In this document: positions 22,892 to 24,000 of the stretch, in pieces
Layout: the number at the start of each line of letters is the position of its first letter
Numbering within the stretch: the stretch's first letter is position 1
Source: Gordonia alkaliphila
Lineage (GTDB): Bacteria > Actinomycetota > Actinomycetes > Mycobacteriales > Mycobacteriaceae
Direction: 5' to 3'
Length of the DNA: 24,000 bases
Assembly: GCF_039542465.1 (NCBI RefSeq)
Contig: NZ_BAABIE010000001.1
Span: forward strand, 372,306-396,305
The notes under the pieces: generated by a model
What the model was told of the DNA's origin: nothing
Databases searched by the model: none
What the model saw: the letters and a program-made list of their open reading frames with translations, nothing else
Position numbers and translations under genes: made by a program

Positions 22892-23538
22892 GGCTCTTCG
22901 TTTTTCAGAGTGCGTTGACCCTTTCGGCGAGCTGACCGGAGTGGAGTAGGGACCGCAAGATGTAGTGGTCGAGGTTGCGGAAGCCTTGGGCGATTCCGCG
23001 GAGGTGTTCGAGGCGTCCGTTGATGGCTTCGACGGGTCCGTTGGAGACGCCGGTGTCGAAGTAGGCCAGGATGTCGGCGCGCCGGTTCCATAGGCTTCGT
23101 CCGAGTTGGGCCAGCTCGGCCAGTCCGGCGGGTAGTCCGGTGCGGATACGGCGCAGGATCTTGTACATGAGTTTCTTGCCCTCGCGGCGGTGTCGGTGTT
23201 CGTAGGCGGCGATCAGCTGTTGGTAGATCTGGTGGGTGATCTCGACAGCGACATGGTCGTCGTGACTGGTCAGTGACTCGAACAGGCGGATCTTCTGCTT
23301 GTCGGTGAGGAGTTCGGTGCGGGTATGCAGGATCCGGCGGATCTTGTAGAGCGGGTCGTCTTTGCGCCCCCGGTGCCCGCATACCTGCTGCTGGACCCGT
23401 TGCCGGCACTGGTCGAGTTTGCTCGCGGCCAGGTGTACGACGTGGAACGGATCCATCACCACCCGAGCGGCGGGGAGTTCTTCGGTGGTAGCGCTCTTGT
23501 AGCCGGTGAATCCGTCCATCGCCACGACCTTGATCCGA
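22892..23538 (-). mobile_element. ISL3-family insertion sequence, copy 2, truncated by another IS
   Basis: It begins with the same GGCTCTTCGTTTTTCAGAGTGCG end as copy 1 and stays colinear with 15561-16207 of copy 1 with scattered substitutions. Homology stops abruptly after ...CTTGATCCGA (23538). Confidence 0.8.
22905..23538 (-). pseudogene. ISL3 transposase, C-terminal half only
   Basis: Track ORF 22905..23525 (MAMDGFTGYKSATTEEL...LHSGQLAERVNAL) is nearly identical to the C-terminal half of the copy 1 transposase. The N-terminal half is missing. Confidence 0.8.
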
Positions 23539-24000
23539 CCTGAGTTGGACCTCCTGAGCTGATTTTCGGGGGCGGTTCTTGGATCGGTGCAGGCCAGGGC
23601 TGTTCGGGTGGTCAGTTTCGGGCACTAAATGGTCGGGTATGTTCGGTGGGTGCCTCCGTATGTTCGTAAGGTGAAGACGGCTTCGGGGGCGACCGCGGTC
23701 CAGATCGCCCAGACCGTTCACGGTCGCCGCAAGATCCTCGAGCACCTCGGGTCGGCCCATTCCGAGGACGAGTTGGCGGCGCTGATCGCTACCGCGAAAA
23801 CCAAGATCAATTCAGGTCAAGAAGAGATCGGACTGGGTTTCGGGCAGCCAGCGGCCGGTGGCACCGACGCAATTATTGCCGCGCACCGCAGTGAGCTGCT
23901 CTGGAATACGCTCACCGACGCCTATGCGCGCCTGGGCTTCGATCAGGTCGGCGACGACACCTTCCGCACTTTGGTGGCAGCGCGGCTCGTGGAACCGACG
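23539..24000 (+). mobile_element. IS1634-family (IS1549-like) element inserted into ISL3 copy 2; continues beyond the window
   Basis: The ISL3 homology breakpoint is at 23538/23539. About 110 bp of non-coding end sequence follows, then a transposase N-terminus. Confidence 0.6.
23650..24000 (+). CDS. IS1634-family transposase, N-terminal part (partial)
   Basis: Manual translation from GTG 23650 (alternative in-frame ATG at 23629) gives VPPYVRKVKTASGATAVQIAQTVHGRRKILEHLGSAHSEDELAALIA...FRTLVAARLVEPT. This matches the conserved N-terminus of IS1549/IS1634-type transposases. There is no stop before the window end, so it is absent from the ORF track. Confidence 0.75.
   Translation, partial: MPPYVRKVKTASGATAVQIAQTVHGRRKILEHLGSAHSEDELAALIATAKTKINSGQEEIGLGFGQPAAGGTDAIIAAHRSELLWNTLTDAYARLGFDQVGDDTFRTLVAARLVEPT

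Noticed and set aside
22882-23760. 292-aa minus-strand ORF crossing the ISL3/IS1634 junction
   Set aside because: It is an Arg/Pro-rich shadow frame spanning two unrelated mobile elements, so it is not biologically coherent.
1-24000. Scan for tRNA, rRNA, CRISPR arrays or long tandem repeats
   Set aside because: By eye I found no cloverleaf-like conserved tRNA boxes, no rRNA-like conserved stretches and no regularly spaced direct repeats. A tRNAscan-SE, Infernal or CRISPR finder run would be needed to exclude small RNAs formally.

Overview
High-G+C actinobacterial chromosome segment. Mycobacteriales type is inferred from Rv0885/fprB-like, pmt-rsmI (Rv1002c/Rv1003-like), REP13E12-type HNH and MspA-family porin genes. 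Positions 1-11.2 kb are ordinary core genes: FprB-like ferredoxin reductase, AurF-like diiron oxygenase, Na+/H+ antiporter, MFS transporter, a tandem USP with a near-consensus DosR box upstream, a small membrane protein, a DUF222/HNH protein, Pmt and RsmI. From about 11.27 kb to the window end lies a mosaic accessory island. It holds an internally deleted IS1380 element, a decayed serine-recombinase remnant and an IS3-type remnant. It also holds a frameshifted ISL3 copy, a second ISL3 copy truncated by an IS1634-family insertion, ArdA-like remnants and a small-gene operon of unknown function. The main signal sits inside this island: two paralogous three-gene cassettes at 12859-15016 and 19668-22810. 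Each encodes (1) an MspA-family mycomembrane porin, (2) a Sec-signal secreted protein and (3) a cassette-specific downstream gene. The secreted proteins share an N-terminal module of about 90-100 aa after the signal peptide and have unrelated, lower-G+C C-terminal domains. One C-terminal domain is a YiiX/C92-type permuted papain-like amidase; the other is an unrecognisable Cys-rich domain. The downstream genes are a 93-aa cytoplasmic protein and a translationally coupled 425-aa putative lipoprotein. The gene order resembles cdiB-cdiA-cdiI. I interpret this as a candidate porin-associated polymorphic toxin/immunity system of mycolate-outer-membrane bacteria. That interpretation is inference from sequence only. 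Many long ORFs in the supplied track are antisense or alternative-frame shadows typical of high-G+C DNA.
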